From assembly GCA_016906335.1 (NCBI GenBank), contig JADEYG010000007.1, positions 372,001-436,000 of the forward strand: 64,000 nucleotides of DNA. The letters are read 5' to 3'. Positions within the stretch are counted from its first letter, which is position 1, and each line of letters begins with the position of its first letter. Both the position numbers and the translations under genes were made by a program. Origin of the DNA: Novakomyces olei (Eukaryota). Under the pieces are notes generated by a model. It searched no databases and had not been told where the DNA came from. It worked only from the letters and a program-made list of their open reading frames with translations. Shown here one piece after another: positions 13,401 to 24,647 of this stretch.

Positions 13401-14142
13401 CAACCGGGAACGGCTGCATATTGAGAGCGACGACTGTGGTGGAGGTGGATTTGCACTTGAAGGAGGGGCGGCAGAACAGAAATGGGCCTGGAGACAGTGT
13501 ATGGCAGACACGGCACTTTACAACTGCTGCGTAATTTCACGCTGCCGGACAATAGCAATGAAGGGGTTCTTGTTTGAGAAGAAGCATCGACTGGGCACTT
13601 TTACCCTAAACTATGGAGTCCTCACGCACAAGCAGCTTGTGCTGTATGAGATTTACGATAGAAATGTGCTCGGTACTCCCCGACCAAGTCTCTACCGTCG
13701 CAGACGCCGTACCATCCAGCTGCGTGACAGCTACCTGCTCACTGGACCAGCTGTGGCTGATATGATCCATACAGGCAGGACGAATGCCTTTGACGTGGAT
13801 GCTCCAGGCCACCACTCGATTCCAAGGATCTATGCCGACGGGACTACGTCGTGGGAAGAAGATGAAACACTGGGGATCGTTATTTGGACAGGCAGACGAA
13901 AGGCAGTTCTGGCAGAGACTGATCGTGCTGCTCCTGATCCTGGTGCACACACTAGTGCGCACTCTGGCAGCGGCAAACGAGGCCGTCAGCATCTACAGTC
14001 GATGGCCAAGCTTGGTGTTGTGGGTAAAAGTACTATACTAATGGCCCGGTCTCGTCAGGAGCGGGATATGTGGGCGTTTTCTATGGGGATTTGCATTGAG
14101 CGGCTCTCTGACAACGATATGATTTCCTTCGTGGACGAGTAG
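10483..14142 (+). CDS. SPO71: Sporulation PH-domain protein Spo71/Mug56
   Basis: 1219 aa. N-terminal TSRRLFIGP, then WREYVVVAR, FSTLDKTIALW, LCWRKFDRLEWI, THYLELRPKVHYP and ARSRQERDMW. Confidence 0.85.
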   Translation: MPLDADDERLVNCPYTRCKLRDALPEHMHLTSRRLFIGPKPANWQTPLSSGHNAWLRKWQSRRKGANKQFEFQAVADTGNVYIDSMNGSSSSQISNGSTLRTLSGPSSPHSDSDSFSFHSHDEGQSSDYSNPSLSDQSVMSEDLRELDPETGLPVDPPAPSVSSSSYLNRTAEVIDGRGTLNSAGDSVDDLQADDKSFTLSDGLNSRIMDTATDTSTTSFETARNTIDGESSASLDDTESPDGSASGFDTVSQNSQATATFVDLALNKKDGLSNDDIQGPQLSETVSLQGKMAEPLPAPNGPMQVPQNSLPMNNLWAKTSTVSDRSKAKTLSKSESKPGKYSPASKAEGGTILRQRSRTVRFHDGSKSRKSLRDEGLRRVHLPHLRVLARRAQKHPGRIVYAQRMLARFEATKSPDMPKNFDETNAYWVKRNVMQDWREYVVVARLGHTTTEPLVLYFHRNRRIGRTDTHPKSRHYASKFVLSVTNCDVNLFSTLDKTIALWKRTAKGHNIIILRPKGTAKSVRWFGMLQKALGRKEPRNLVITVPDLDVVVQLTFNHGQSSSTDEHDNKEEDFELTDSGVVKLKGHAITEKYIINACMLALGGVAEWNDVLLRWRTGRLGLCWRKFDRLEWIYDDQSERLVAQWTLVKTHYLELRPKVHYPDKINNPLPAAGIATANAAGPTGPTGPTGPATGSTFPGRQKEAFSEPLPVEGFLLKLTNGQGDIYSILGKAYVKRLYLSTHDHLLFFIKPKRAHAPDPSNDVVELCHRIWQRNELSRAATSETQSTAAPATVDFEAIADRMSNERVLPTIFPIEPYKLTADGQEFEWLSASAFTSQSCSQSIRSLHDSFAEAESERKLAQISGSEGFIDLTQVVSVQPLDAREERADSESVAMSFNSSTAASNNNGSSNINSAGQCQRHLFVLHLDNGRRVILGAHNSRTLREWVQRLSDLVEYWKVRLRRDVVESMQVREYNRERLHIESDDCGGGGFALEGGAAEQKWAWRQCMADTALYNCCVISRCRTIAMKGFLFEKKHRLGTFTLNYGVLTHKQLVLYEIYDRNVLGTPRPSLYRRRRRTIQLRDSYLLTGPAVADMIHTGRTNAFDVDAPGHHSIPRIYADGTTSWEEDETLGIVIWTGRRKAVLAETDRAAPDPGAHTSAHSGSGKRGRQHLQSMAKLGVVGKSTILMARSRQERDMWAFSMGICIERLSDNDMISFVDE

Positions 14143-14275
14143 ATCACGAGTGTCGGAACGCGATTATTGTCATGATAGTGGGGGGATTAATGAATAGATG
14201 GATATTAATCATTAAACGCATAAAATATTGGGTTAACTAATTAATCGCTCGGATGAATAAATTATTTAATTAATT

Positions 14276-14308
<33 letters not shown>

Positions 14309-14467
14309 TCTGATTATTCATTCATTCATTCATCCATTCATTTAGCCTTTATTATACAGAGATAGATCATTTTCTCCAAAACGAATCGATGTTTGCCTGG
14401 ATAAAACATGGACGCCTTGGCACGGTTGTCTCCAAATGCTTTTTAAAAATATTGCAGGACAAAAGTA

Positions 14468-15120
14468 TCACCGGCCTTCGAGTGAATGCGATGAAACAGT
14501 AGAAAGGGCATTTCGACGAATAACCCGCGGAGGCAAAGTACCAAATCTAGAAAAAGGGTATAATATTCTCGAGACACGAGCTTCCACGAGACCAACGGAA
14601 ACAGGGCCATAGTTATTACTGTCGATCGAATGATACTGCTCGTCTCCTTCCACAAATATATGTCCGCGCGGCACAGCAACAAGCCGGTCGGGATTGGGTC
14701 GCCGTGTTCGCACTACGTCACCTTCCACGCCAATGACGCGCTTCACTACAATACTCGCCTCGTTTACCGGTGACCTGTGGTTTGGTGAGACAAAACTAAA
14801 GGCTAAATTGCTTACCGAAGCACGACAACGTCACCACGACATAAAGGCCTTGAGCGGACGCGGCGGTCTAGAAGCACTAGATCCAAACTCGCCATGTTAG
14901 TGTCCGGGTTGAGTGTTGGCTGCATAGAACGGCCTTTAATGACTCCGAGTGAAACGACTAGAATTAAACGCGGGCATTAGCTTTGAGCGGGGATGTTAAA
15001 AAAAAATAGTGAAATAAAAGCGTAGATTTTTGTACCATGAGTCTCTATAAATATGAGCGGCGGGACGAGTAGGGCAAAGCGTACCGCGCTCGCGCCAATA
15101 AAGGATAGGCGTGATCGCAT
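14468..15120 (-). CDS. IMP2: Mitochondrial inner membrane protease subunit 2 (peptidase S26)
   Basis: Three exons. Catalytic motifs GRSMQPTLNP and VKRVIGVEGD, plus VEGDEQYHSIDSNNYGPV. Confidence 0.85.
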
Positions 15121-15324
15121 AGTGGCCTTATTGCTCTGTGCTTTATTCCAATCGATCCGGTTATACGGAAAAAAACAACGAAAACCTGTCCGATATTTTT
15201 GTTCATTCAATACTGATTTTAAAGCTCTTTGGTGACTATACGTTCAGCCGTGGCAGCAATTCATGGTACATTGGCTGATTGCGATTGCAGAATGACGGCC
15301 CTGACGAGCTGATGATATGGACTT

Positions 15325-15341
15325 AACCCTAACTAACCCTA
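15325..15341 (+). promoter_or_regulatory. Tandem telobox/Tbf1-like element AACCCTAACTAACCCTA (CACGTG at 15368)
   Basis: Lies upstream of ACL4. An identical 17-mer occurs at 30297-30313. Confidence 0.5.
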
Positions 15342-15472
15342 TTTTGTGTCATACATTGTAATTATTGCACGTGCAAGACATGGATGGATTGGGTTAGCTT
15401 ATTCCAATAATGTGGCTCTCCAAAAAAATTATAAATTGATTTTCGCCATTTTTCGACCCGATAGTCTTGCAA

Positions 15473-16674
15473 ATGGCCACAGACAGGCGGCGCGTTGAGC
15501 TATTGCAAGAGGCGCAGCAGCTTTACGATCAGGATGAGTTCAGCGAGGCATTGTCTAAAGCTCAATCGGCCCTGGAAATATCGTCTGATACCGATACAGA
15601 GGCGCTTGAATTGATTGGGCAGATACTCGTCGAGCTGGGACAAACAGAGCAGGCCCAGCTTTGTTTGTCAGAGGCAATTGCTAGGCAAAGCACAAAGGAG
15701 GATAGCAATGACGACGGGTTTGAAAAGTACCTGGTAATGGCTCAGATCAATGACGCAGGCGGCATTGAGTCTGTACAGTACTACCAACAGGCGATAGAGA
15801 TTTTATCACGACTAGCGCTCGACACTAGTATTGAAGAGCACATACGAGCTGACCATTTGCGTAAGCTCTGCGCTGCTTTTTGTAGTATTGCAGAGATATA
15901 TATGACAGATTTGTGGTATGGTTCTTTGGGCTTTTTTGTCTGCTTTATTTGCTCGTCTCTGCCTCTTTAGTTGGCCTTCCTTATTTTTTTTTTATCTGCG
16001 CATCTTTTCCAGCTTTCTCTAACACAAACAGTATGGAAGAAGATGCAGAAGCCCAGTGTGAGGCAAATGTGCAAAAAGCGCTAGAAATCTGGCCGCATAG
16101 TGCCGATGCTCTTTCTACTCTTGCGTCGATGAGAATTTCTCAGCAAAGACCCGGCGAGGCACGTGAAGCTCTTGCTCTAGCAGTGGCACCGTGGATCTCA
16201 GAATCTGACAAGTCTGTTAGCGGCAAACCCGATGTGCCCGACACGTCAGTCAAATTTGTTATTGCCAGGCTTTTGATCGAACTTGAAGAGTACGAGACGG
16301 CGACACGAGTCCTGCACGCTTTGCAGTTGGAGACGGACCAAGTACCAGATTTGTGGTACTTATTTGGCTGGTGCTATTATCTGCAAGCACGGAGAAGGGA
16401 AGAGGCAGTTGATGAAGAGAGCAGGAACGAATTACTAAGTGATGCGCGGGATTGTCTAAATTCTTGTGCTTCGCTGATGGAGCGGTTACAATGGGAAGAC
16501 GAAGGTATTCGCGAGCACATTACAGAGCTGCTCGAGCACCTGAGTCATGAGCCAGGATTAAAATCCGCAGCAGACAGTAATGCCGCAGCTGCGGCTGGGG
16601 ATGAAGATGGAGACGAGGATGATCAAACCGGATGGTCTACAACCGACGACGAACGTATGGACCAGGAGAACTGA
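15473..16674 (+). CDS. ACL4: TPR protein, assembly chaperone of Rpl4
   Basis: One intron. GFEKYLVMAQI, EIYMTDL-C-MEEDAEAQCE across the splice, LASMRISQQR, DLWYLFGWCYYL, acidic tail. Confidence 0.85.
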
Positions 16675-16857
16675 GGATGCTTTTAAATACCCAATGGAAT
16701 ACCCGTACAAAGTGTAAGGTGACAATGCGCATGGGGTTCTTTTATGAAAATGTTTTGTACATGTTGGTTGCCATGCATCATGTATGGTTTTAGATCTATA
16801 GATATATAAAGTTGAAACAGCCTGAAATGATTATCGCAATAAACTGTAGTAGTCTAG

Positions 16858-17966
16858 CTATACAATGCTATCTATACCAGCAGAGCTGCCAGCAGCTCGA
16901 GTCGGTGTAGTCGGACACGATTTTAAAATGGTGTCATCGTGCATCTCTACAAGCTTGGCGACCATTATCTTTTCGATCTCGACGCCAGCATCTATCTGCT
17001 CGGGTGTGAGACGGATTTCCTCCGTCGTTGTTTCCGTAACAAAAAGGACGACGTGCTTGCGATTTGTAAGCAAGTTAGCGATAACGAGGTCATGGCCATA
17101 GCGGTGTAAGGCTTGGCGTGCCTTGAATTCAAGGATGTCTGAATCAGTTTCGAGCTTTCGTTAGTCAAATGCTTTATAGGACAATGGAAAAAAGATCTAA
17201 CCTTGAAGGAAACAATACGAGCAAAAGGCGCCCAAGTTTCTACGAGGGGTTTCAAAAACTTTGGTACTGGCTCTAGCTCTAGTTGTAACGTACGTCCGCC
17301 CCCGAGCGACTGGATTTTATGTTCCGGCATTGAAGTATTAGGCACGTAAAAGTCAGCCACAGCCGCGGCAAGGTAAAACATTATACGCGCCTCAAGGGCA
17401 CGCATTTCCAGGGCAACGGCACGTAAATAATGCACGTAATCATTAACTGTAACAAAAGGAATAAAAAGAATAATATTTCGTTTGTGGCTCTCGATGTAGT
17501 GTTCCAAGTGTGGACGCATTTTATCGCAATAAGCGGGATCAACGGCAATACTGCCGTCTGGTCGGGGAACCAAATAGTCCAACAGACAATTTTTGCTGTG
17601 TGAGTAAAAGCGAGAGTACGGTAGTAGAGAGAACTGTCTGTGCAGAAAAACGACAGCGTACCCATGGCTTATAAAGTACTCCGCGCTTGCTGCCGCTCGT
17701 GTACCGGCAGAGAAATTGTCGATAAACCGCACCATATGTTTTTCCAGCGGAACAGTAGTACCACCTGACTAGCATTGTTAAACAGGATCGTGATTATCAG
17801 ATTCGAAAGTACTTACAGTCACAATGGCAATCTTGCGCCCGCCCGGCTGATGGAACTTTACAAAGTCACGAAGCCGTTCAGTTACCGCATCAAGATCAGC
17901 TGGACGCGGAGCCGAATGAAGCCATTGGTCTGTTTTGGATGGGACATCGTCGCTGCTGTCGCCCAT
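16858..17966 (-). CDS. CAB2: Phosphopantothenate--cysteine ligase
   Basis: Three exons. [57 protein letters not shown]. Confidence 0.92.
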
Positions 17967-18324
17967 CCTCGACGTGCCCTAATGCCATACACAGTCTTTA
18001 TTATCGGCCTGTTGTGTACATCATAGTTGCGATTTGTTTCATATAATATGTGTAGTATCTCTTAGAAATCTAGTGTTTGTATTAAATGTATATTAAATAT
18101 ATATATATATATATATATATTTATTTATTTATATTTATTTTTTTTATTTTTTTTTTTTATTATATTTATGTTTTTAAATTTTTTTTTCTTTATCTTTATC
18201 TTTTTTCTTTTCTCCTTTTTGTTTTTTTCTTTTTATTTTTCTCTTTTTCTATCTATTTAATATTGCACCGGATAATATTGATAATCAAAACCCGTTCGTT
18301 ATCTAGCGTCTTCGAAACCCCACA

Positions 18325-19170
18325 ATGGGCAAAGGCAGGGACTACAAGCACAGAGGCAAGGAAACGGAGCGCGGTGGTCAGCGTCTTCCTGTGCCTCTTG
18401 CAATGTGGGACTTTGATCACTGTGACCCGAAACGGTGCTCAGGGAAAAAGCTGGCGCGTGCAGGTAAGCTTTGTCATAAAGTTGCCCGCACTTTATTAAG
18501 CAATCAGGCATGATCCGGTCGTTGCGTATTGGGCAAAAGTTCCCCGGTATTGTGGTTACGTAAGTGATAGGTCAGGTCGCACGTCACTGAACGGATAGAC
18601 CCAACGGGAAAAGTGTGGTATCGCCTGCGGACAGAGCAATTGTAGATCAGTATGGCGCCGCGGTAGTCGAGTGCTCATGGGCGCGATTAGAAGAAGTACC
18701 CTTTTCCCGTATTGGTGGTCGGCATGAACGACTACGTAAGTGCACCATGTCTTAAAAAGACAGAGACTAACTCAATGAAAATAGTGCCTTATTTAGTAGC
18801 AACGAACCCCGTAAATTATGGGCGTCCTTGGCGGTTGAATTGCGTAGAAGCGTTGGCCGCGTGCTTCTATATTGTGGGCCTGCCCGAGTATGGGGATGCT
18901 TTATTAGCACAGTTTGGATGGGGCCATGCTTTCCGGGACGTTAATGGAGACTTATTAGAGCGGTACGCTGCGTGTGCTGATGCTGAGGCTGTGCAGGCAA
19001 CGCAGGAAGCGTACTTGGCAGAAATTGAAGCCGAATACAAGGAGCGCAAACGCAATAATACTGAATACGGAGACGATTTGCTGCAGCCGAATCTGAACCA
19101 TGCACAGAAAGTTAGTTTGTCGGATGAAAGCGGGGGTGATGCGAGTGGCAATAGCAGTGATGAAGAGTAG
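18325..19170 (+). CDS. TSR3: 18S rRNA aminocarboxypropyltransferase
   Basis: Four exons. [58 protein letters not shown]. Confidence 0.95.
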
Positions 19171-20290
19171 TGATTGGGAAGCAGGTTTGATTGTGTATTT
19201 TATCATTGTTAGGCATAGATCAAATTTAAATCAAAGCGTCTCAAGTTTTGTCTAGTCGTCGTATTGCGGGGGAGGTCTTTAGAGTAGTAAGGCGCATTGT
19301 CTCTTGTATTTAAAAAAGGAGTAAAACGGTACAAATAAAGGCATCAAGAAGGACGTCAAATTCTAGTCAGATAGGTAATCGAGAGGTTTATATTTTGTCT
19401 AGAGATTTTTGGAACATTCCCGATATGCTTTGTTTGCAATTGTAATTTTATCGCATGTCCAATTGGTATCACGAATTATGTAGTTTAAGACGGTCGCAAA
19501 TGCTGAATGTGTCTCATGTCTAAACCGAGACGAGATCCGTTCGTTTCAACGACAGCTTTTCGCTGTATGGGAATGGTCGGCCATCAATGGTAGACTAGAT
19601 CGTTAGGGTTAACGATAAGGGTTAAATGTCGCAAATACAAGAATTTACTAGGGTTATGAATGGCTGAATTACTAGTAACGTTTTTATCGAGGACCCGGTT
19701 TTAGGGTTAAGTAGGCTTTGTAATTTTATGGATGAGCTTAGCTTGGAAAGTCAATGAAGCTAGCTGAAACAACTGGCCACGTGAAAATTTGTACAATGTT
19801 TTTCTTACCAAATTCTTGTACCTTTATCTGAATGTGTCTGCTTCACTCAAAATATGATTGACCTTTCAGATTAGCTAAGGTAAATATTGGCACAGTAATT
19901 TTCGACACAGACTAAATTAATACATCTTTGCTTTGCGCTATGCAGACAAATTTGATACAACTCAAGCCATTTTTACATTCAACATGATGTCGCCTATCTA
20001 CTTTGCATGAGAATTTTACTCTCCGTACCGACCGTCTTTGCCACAGTAAGCGATATAAATCAAACCCCATTATTCTGCCTGCCCCAATATTCTGTCAGGC
20101 AGAATAGGACACGCGAAGTCACAATTATACCAATTACTCTATTGGCCAAACAAGTAAGATTATTCACGCGCGCCTATCAAGATCAGCGTGTATCGCCACT
20201 GCCGATAAGTCGTGCCCATAATATTACATAGCCATCCACAAAAGTCGTCGTCGATAAGGTACAGGCCAAAGTGCTACAGACGATGAAGGC

Positions 20291-20346
20291 AAAATACCGA
20301 AAAGTCAAACAAAATACCGAAAAGTCAAAATACCGTAAAGGCAAAA
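20291..20346. repeat. AAATACCGAAAAGTCAAA-like repeat x3 in catalase promoter
   Basis: Directly visible. Confidence 0.8.
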
Positions 20347-20449
20347 ACCAAACTTGAGCATTGGATCTGCCGACAGGCAAAAGGTTAAATTTGGCTTAAA
20401 TAAAGCAATTTAACCAATTCGACCAACAAAACAGACGGGAAACCGCTTA

Positions 20450-21997
20450 ATGACACAGAATCGGTCTGCGCCAGAAGGCGGCGTCTATTCAACTTCTAAT
20501 GGAGTGCCGTACCCTGAGCCAATGCAGGCTCAGCGTATCGGCTCTGCCGGCCCACTGCTACTACAGGACTTCCATCTGATTGACGTGCTAAGTCATTTCG
20601 ACAGGGAGCGGATCCCTGAGCGGGTGGTACACGCTAAAGGCGCTGGAGCGTATGGAACATGGACAGCCACGGACGGACTGGAGGATATATGCAGCGCTGC
20701 CATGTTTAGACGCGGCTATTCCTGCGACCTGGTTACCCGCTTTTCTACGGTCGGCGGCGAACGGGGGACACCGGATATCGTGCGTGATGTCCGTGGCTTT
20801 TCCGTAAAATTCTACACTGAGGAGGGCAATGTAGACTGGGTTTTCAATAATACTCCCGTATTTTTCATCCGCGACCCGGCCAAGTTCCCCCTGTTTATCC
20901 ATACGCAAAAGCGGAGGGTGGACGGGTCCAATCTGTGGCACGTGCAGGACTCGACAATGTTCTGGGACTACTTGTCGCAGAACCCGGAGAGTGTCCACCA
21001 GGTTCTGTACCTGTTTGGTGACCGCGGCGTCCCCGACGGGTTCCGTAAAATGAACGGGTACTCGGGCCATACTTTTATCGTAAACCGACAGGACAATCCT
21101 GCAGAGTACCACTACATCCAGATCCACTGCATCTCAAGACAGGGCTTCCACTGGCTTCCGCAGTCAAAGTCTGTTGAACTTTCTGGAACCGAGCCAGACT
21201 ACTCCACCCGCGACCTGTACGAGGCCATTGAGCGGGGCGAATGTCCCACGTGGGACGTTTACGTGCAGGTCATGACACCCGAGCAGGCGGAAAAGTTTCG
21301 GTACAATATTCTCGATATTACTCACACATGGCCACACTCAGAGTTCCCTCTGCGTAAAGTAGGCGAGTTTACTCTCAACCGTAACGTGCTCAATTACTTT
21401 GCCGAGATTGAGCAGCTCGCCTTTGGCGTTGGCCATTTCGCACCTGGCACTTATCCCTCAGCCGACCCGGTTCTGCAGAGCCGACTGTTTTCCTACTCGG
21501 ACACACACCGGCACCGACTAGGAGTCAATTACCAGCAACTGCCAGTCAACAGGCCCAAGGGAGTGAAGCACGGAATCGCCAACTTTCAGCGCGATGGAGC
21601 TGGCACTATCGACAACCAGGGCGACAGGCCCAATTACCCTTCGTCTATACGCCCTCTGCCACGTGGACCAGCTCCTTTTACTGCTGCTGGGCAGCAAGAC
21701 GCTCTACCACACATTCAATACTTGGGCCGAGCACAGACTTTTCTGTCGCAGATTCGCGATGTTGATTTTGAGCAGCCTCGTGCGCTATGGATGCGTGTGT
21801 TTGACGACGCCGCTCGTGACCGTTTTATCGCAAATGTTTCTGGTCACATGTCTAATTGTAAGAGCCAAGAGATCAAGGCGCGTCAATGCCGTGTTTTTGC
21901 CAAAGTCCATCATAGTCTCGGCAAGCGTGTAGCCGATGCTCTTGGCCTTGACGACTGGGAAAATGCTTCTTCGTTGAACCATAGCAGCAAATTATAG
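20450..21997 (+). CDS. CTA1: Small-subunit heme catalase with PTS1 (peroxisomal)
   Basis: FDRERIPERVVHAKG, RFSTVGGE, RLFSYSDTHR (heme Tyr), C-terminal SKL. Confidence 0.93.
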   Translation: MTQNRSAPEGGVYSTSNGVPYPEPMQAQRIGSAGPLLLQDFHLIDVLSHFDRERIPERVVHAKGAGAYGTWTATDGLEDICSAAMFRRGYSCDLVTRFSTVGGERGTPDIVRDVRGFSVKFYTEEGNVDWVFNNTPVFFIRDPAKFPLFIHTQKRRVDGSNLWHVQDSTMFWDYLSQNPESVHQVLYLFGDRGVPDGFRKMNGYSGHTFIVNRQDNPAEYHYIQIHCISRQGFHWLPQSKSVELSGTEPDYSTRDLYEAIERGECPTWDVYVQVMTPEQAEKFRYNILDITHTWPHSEFPLRKVGEFTLNRNVLNYFAEIEQLAFGVGHFAPGTYPSADPVLQSRLFSYSDTHRHRLGVNYQQLPVNRPKGVKHGIANFQRDGAGTIDNQGDRPNYPSSIRPLPRGPAPFTAAGQQDALPHIQYLGRAQTFLSQIRDVDFEQPRALWMRVFDDAARDRFIANVSGHMSNCKSQEIKARQCRVFAKVHHSLGKRVADALGLDDWENASSLNHSSKL

Positions 21998-23759
21998 TTG
22001 AGTGGAATCGGCTCGTGCCATAATAACTAGTACTAGTATAATTGCACAGCGCGGTTTAGCGACTGTATTTGTCTTTGTAGCAGTCGGCTACCCATTATTA
22101 AGCAACACTAGTGGTAAATCTATTAGAACTGGTTACAAGTCTGTGCTCAGTGGATGGATCAATGAATAAACCAGAAAAGCACGACTTGGGATTAAAATTA
22201 TCAGGATCACTGGTAATTTTAAGTAAAGATGAATTAAACGGTGATCAAGGTTTAACCTCAACCTGAAGCAGACTTGAACTGTTGGCACTTTGTAGAGTTT
22301 TGTCGCCCATTTGGGGCCATCGGCCATCGGCCAACGGCCAAAGCCAGCAACAGCGCTATAACCCGGAACGATTTGCATCCAACAATCATAGACAGTCTGT
22401 TGGTAGCTTTACGCTCAGAGAGAAGATTACGCACTCATTCAAGGCAGACTAATCTCCGTGTCGTGATATTTGCATTAAACAATCTATCCTCATCATTGCG
22501 CGCCGAGTATGGCAATTAATTACAATTATTGAACATTTTTCCAGTGGTGGCCTAAACACTGATTGCTCGTGAACAAACGGATTTGCACAAGTAATGTATA
22601 GAAGAGTAAACCGTAATTTGTATAGGAAAATCAAACAAATGGACAAAGCAATGCAGTACTGCCATAATAATGCACATAATAATGCACTACTGACAAGTAA
22701 TCCATGAGAGCGAAGATTCAAAAGACAATTTAACGCAAACAACACAATCACTAAAAATACTGAAAAAATTAAAGTAATTGTAATTGTAATCGGCGTGCAG
22801 GTACGCGCACAACTTGAGTATACGGCAAAAGCGTTAAACGCGATCGGCAAGAGGGAGAAATGCCCAAGCCACTGTTTAACCTATAACCCACATTCTTTCA
22901 CGTGTCCCGTGGCCCTAATATAAAAATCGGGAATTTTTTTGCTCTTGATTATAGGCGCTGAATTAGCGCACTATCCGTGTAGGTGGCAGCCTGTCAGCCA
23001 TTTGCACACACTGATCACCCAGTGACGTGAATACATGTATACCCAGACTCTAATTTGTAAATATGAAATCCTTAATACTCTCACGCCGCGCCTTTGCAAG
23101 TCACGACCGTCAGTTCTTGACCGTTCGTTCCTTTTCTTTCCTTATATGGAGCTGGTTAAATAAGGAAGAAAGTACGATATTGGACCTACGAATCCCAAAC
23201 TTTGCACGCCATCCATCCATTGTATAGAATATGGTATTTTTAGCAGTGCGAATGTGCTTTAATCCTCTATTTCAGTGATATTTTAGGCCTTTTCACGCCA
23301 TACTGCCGCGATTAGTCCACAAAAAGGTGCCGCGAATAAGGCACAAGTAACCAACCCGCGAGCGGTCAATATTTCCGGTAAATAACTGTGTCTATTATAC
23401 TAAATCAATGTACGATATATTCCTACGCAGATCGGCATACCGGTAAGCAATCGTCGCTTGCCAGGGGCGAACAAGTAAATATGCCCACGCGTCAGCGCGT
23501 CCACGCTCGCCATTAAGCGACGCGCGTTTCGTATAAATAAGCAAAGGCATAAATAAACATGCACATCAACCCAAACACTCTCCCACGCTTCACACTCTTT
23601 ACCGTCGCTCTTTACTCACGAACAAGCTTCGTCCTTGTTCGTCCTTGTCAGTCGTTGTCTCGTGTCACAACTGCCGACTTTTATCTCTATATTGCCCAGA
23701 CTGACGCTTAAAACGATAAAGTGCAATACAATTTAAACAAACAAGCCGCACAGAAAAGA

Positions 23760-24647
23760 ATGCTTTCGTCTATTGCCCTCGTCGTAGCGGCAGCGGCCGT
23801 GGCTAATGCACAAAGCACAACGCCTACAAGAACAACAGAGACCGAACTGCCTTATGCGCCGATTAATACTCAGGCTGCCTCTGCTTCGGCCTATGCTACG
23901 CTCCCCTTTGCCGGCACAGACACAGACATCAATGCCCGCTTTGATTTCCAGTCGCTTGCAAACGGCACTGTGCGCATTGGCCTTACTCTCTCTGACCTGC
24001 CGAGCAATCTCTCCTCTATCGGCTACTCTATCAACCAGCACGGAGTCCCCTCTGACGGCGACTGCTACCTGACAGGTCCCCGTCTCGATCCCGTATGGCG
24101 CGGGCAGACACCCGACTGCGATATGAGCGACCCGGGCTCTTGCCAGGTCGGAGACCTTTCTGGCAAGCACGGTAACGTGTCCGAGAGCAGTCTTACGGGC
24201 CGTAATACCTTTAGCACCGGCTATCTCGACCGCTACCTTTCCCTGAGCCGTGAATCAGCCTCGTTTATTGGCAACAGATCTATTGTCCTGTGGGAGGGCA
24301 ACAATACACGCATTGCCTGTACCAATATCACAATTGTCAGCTACGGAGAGCCGTCTAACTTTACTCTGCCGGCTTCTTCTTCCCGGCCAGCAGCTACTCA
24401 CACTGCCTCCGTAGGCGGAACTAACGGCTCTTCTTCAGGACACAATGGCACTCGTGTAACCGGCACTGGCACCAGTACTGGAACCAGTACTGGCATCAGT
24501 GCAAGCAGTACTGGAGGCAGTAGCGGAACCTCACCAGCCTCTGCGCCAGCCTCGTCTAGCAGCAGCGAAAGCGCCGCCAGTGTACTGTCTTTGTCTCTCT
24601 CATCTCTGGTCCTCGCTGTCGTTGCAGCCACTTTAGCGTTTGCTTAG
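23760..24647 (+). CDS. GPI-anchored Sod5-like (Cu/Zn SOD fold) cell-surface protein, metal ligands lost
   Basis: Signal peptide, CQVGDLSGKHG, YLSL...FIGNRSIV...TRIACTNI, S/T-rich stalk and hydrophobic GPI signal. Confidence 0.85.
   Translation: MLSSIALVVAAAAVANAQSTTPTRTTETELPYAPINTQAASASAYATLPFAGTDTDINARFDFQSLANGTVRIGLTLSDLPSNLSSIGYSINQHGVPSDGDCYLTGPRLDPVWRGQTPDCDMSDPGSCQVGDLSGKHGNVSESSLTGRNTFSTGYLDRYLSLSRESASFIGNRSIVLWEGNNTRIACTNITIVSYGEPSNFTLPASSSRPAATHTASVGGTNGSSSGHNGTRVTGTGTSTGTSTGISASSTGGSSGTSPASAPASSSSSESAASVLSLSLSSLVLAVVAATLAFA

Noticed and set aside
10775-13992. Many antisense ORFs inside SPO71 (similarly inside SET2, LHS1 and RMR1-like)
   Set aside because: Shadow ORFs of long coding sequences, with no recognisable motifs.
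15301-15315. Hammerhead ribozyme core (CTGACGA/CTGATGA)
   Set aside because: No stem II followed by GAAA, and no closing stems.
18050-18060. U2 snRNA branch-recognition sequence GTGTAGTATCT
   Set aside because: The flanking U2 sequence and Sm site are absent, so this is a chance match.
18086-18324. Hydrophobic F/I/Y-rich ORF start upstream of TSR3
   Set aside because: Poly-T/AT low-complexity promoter sequence. The real TSR3 starts at 18325 in another frame.
20450-21997. Horizontal transfer of the intronless catalase
   Set aside because: It has a eukaryotic PTS1 and fungal-type motifs. Other native genes here (SPO71, LHS1, RMR1-like) are also intronless.
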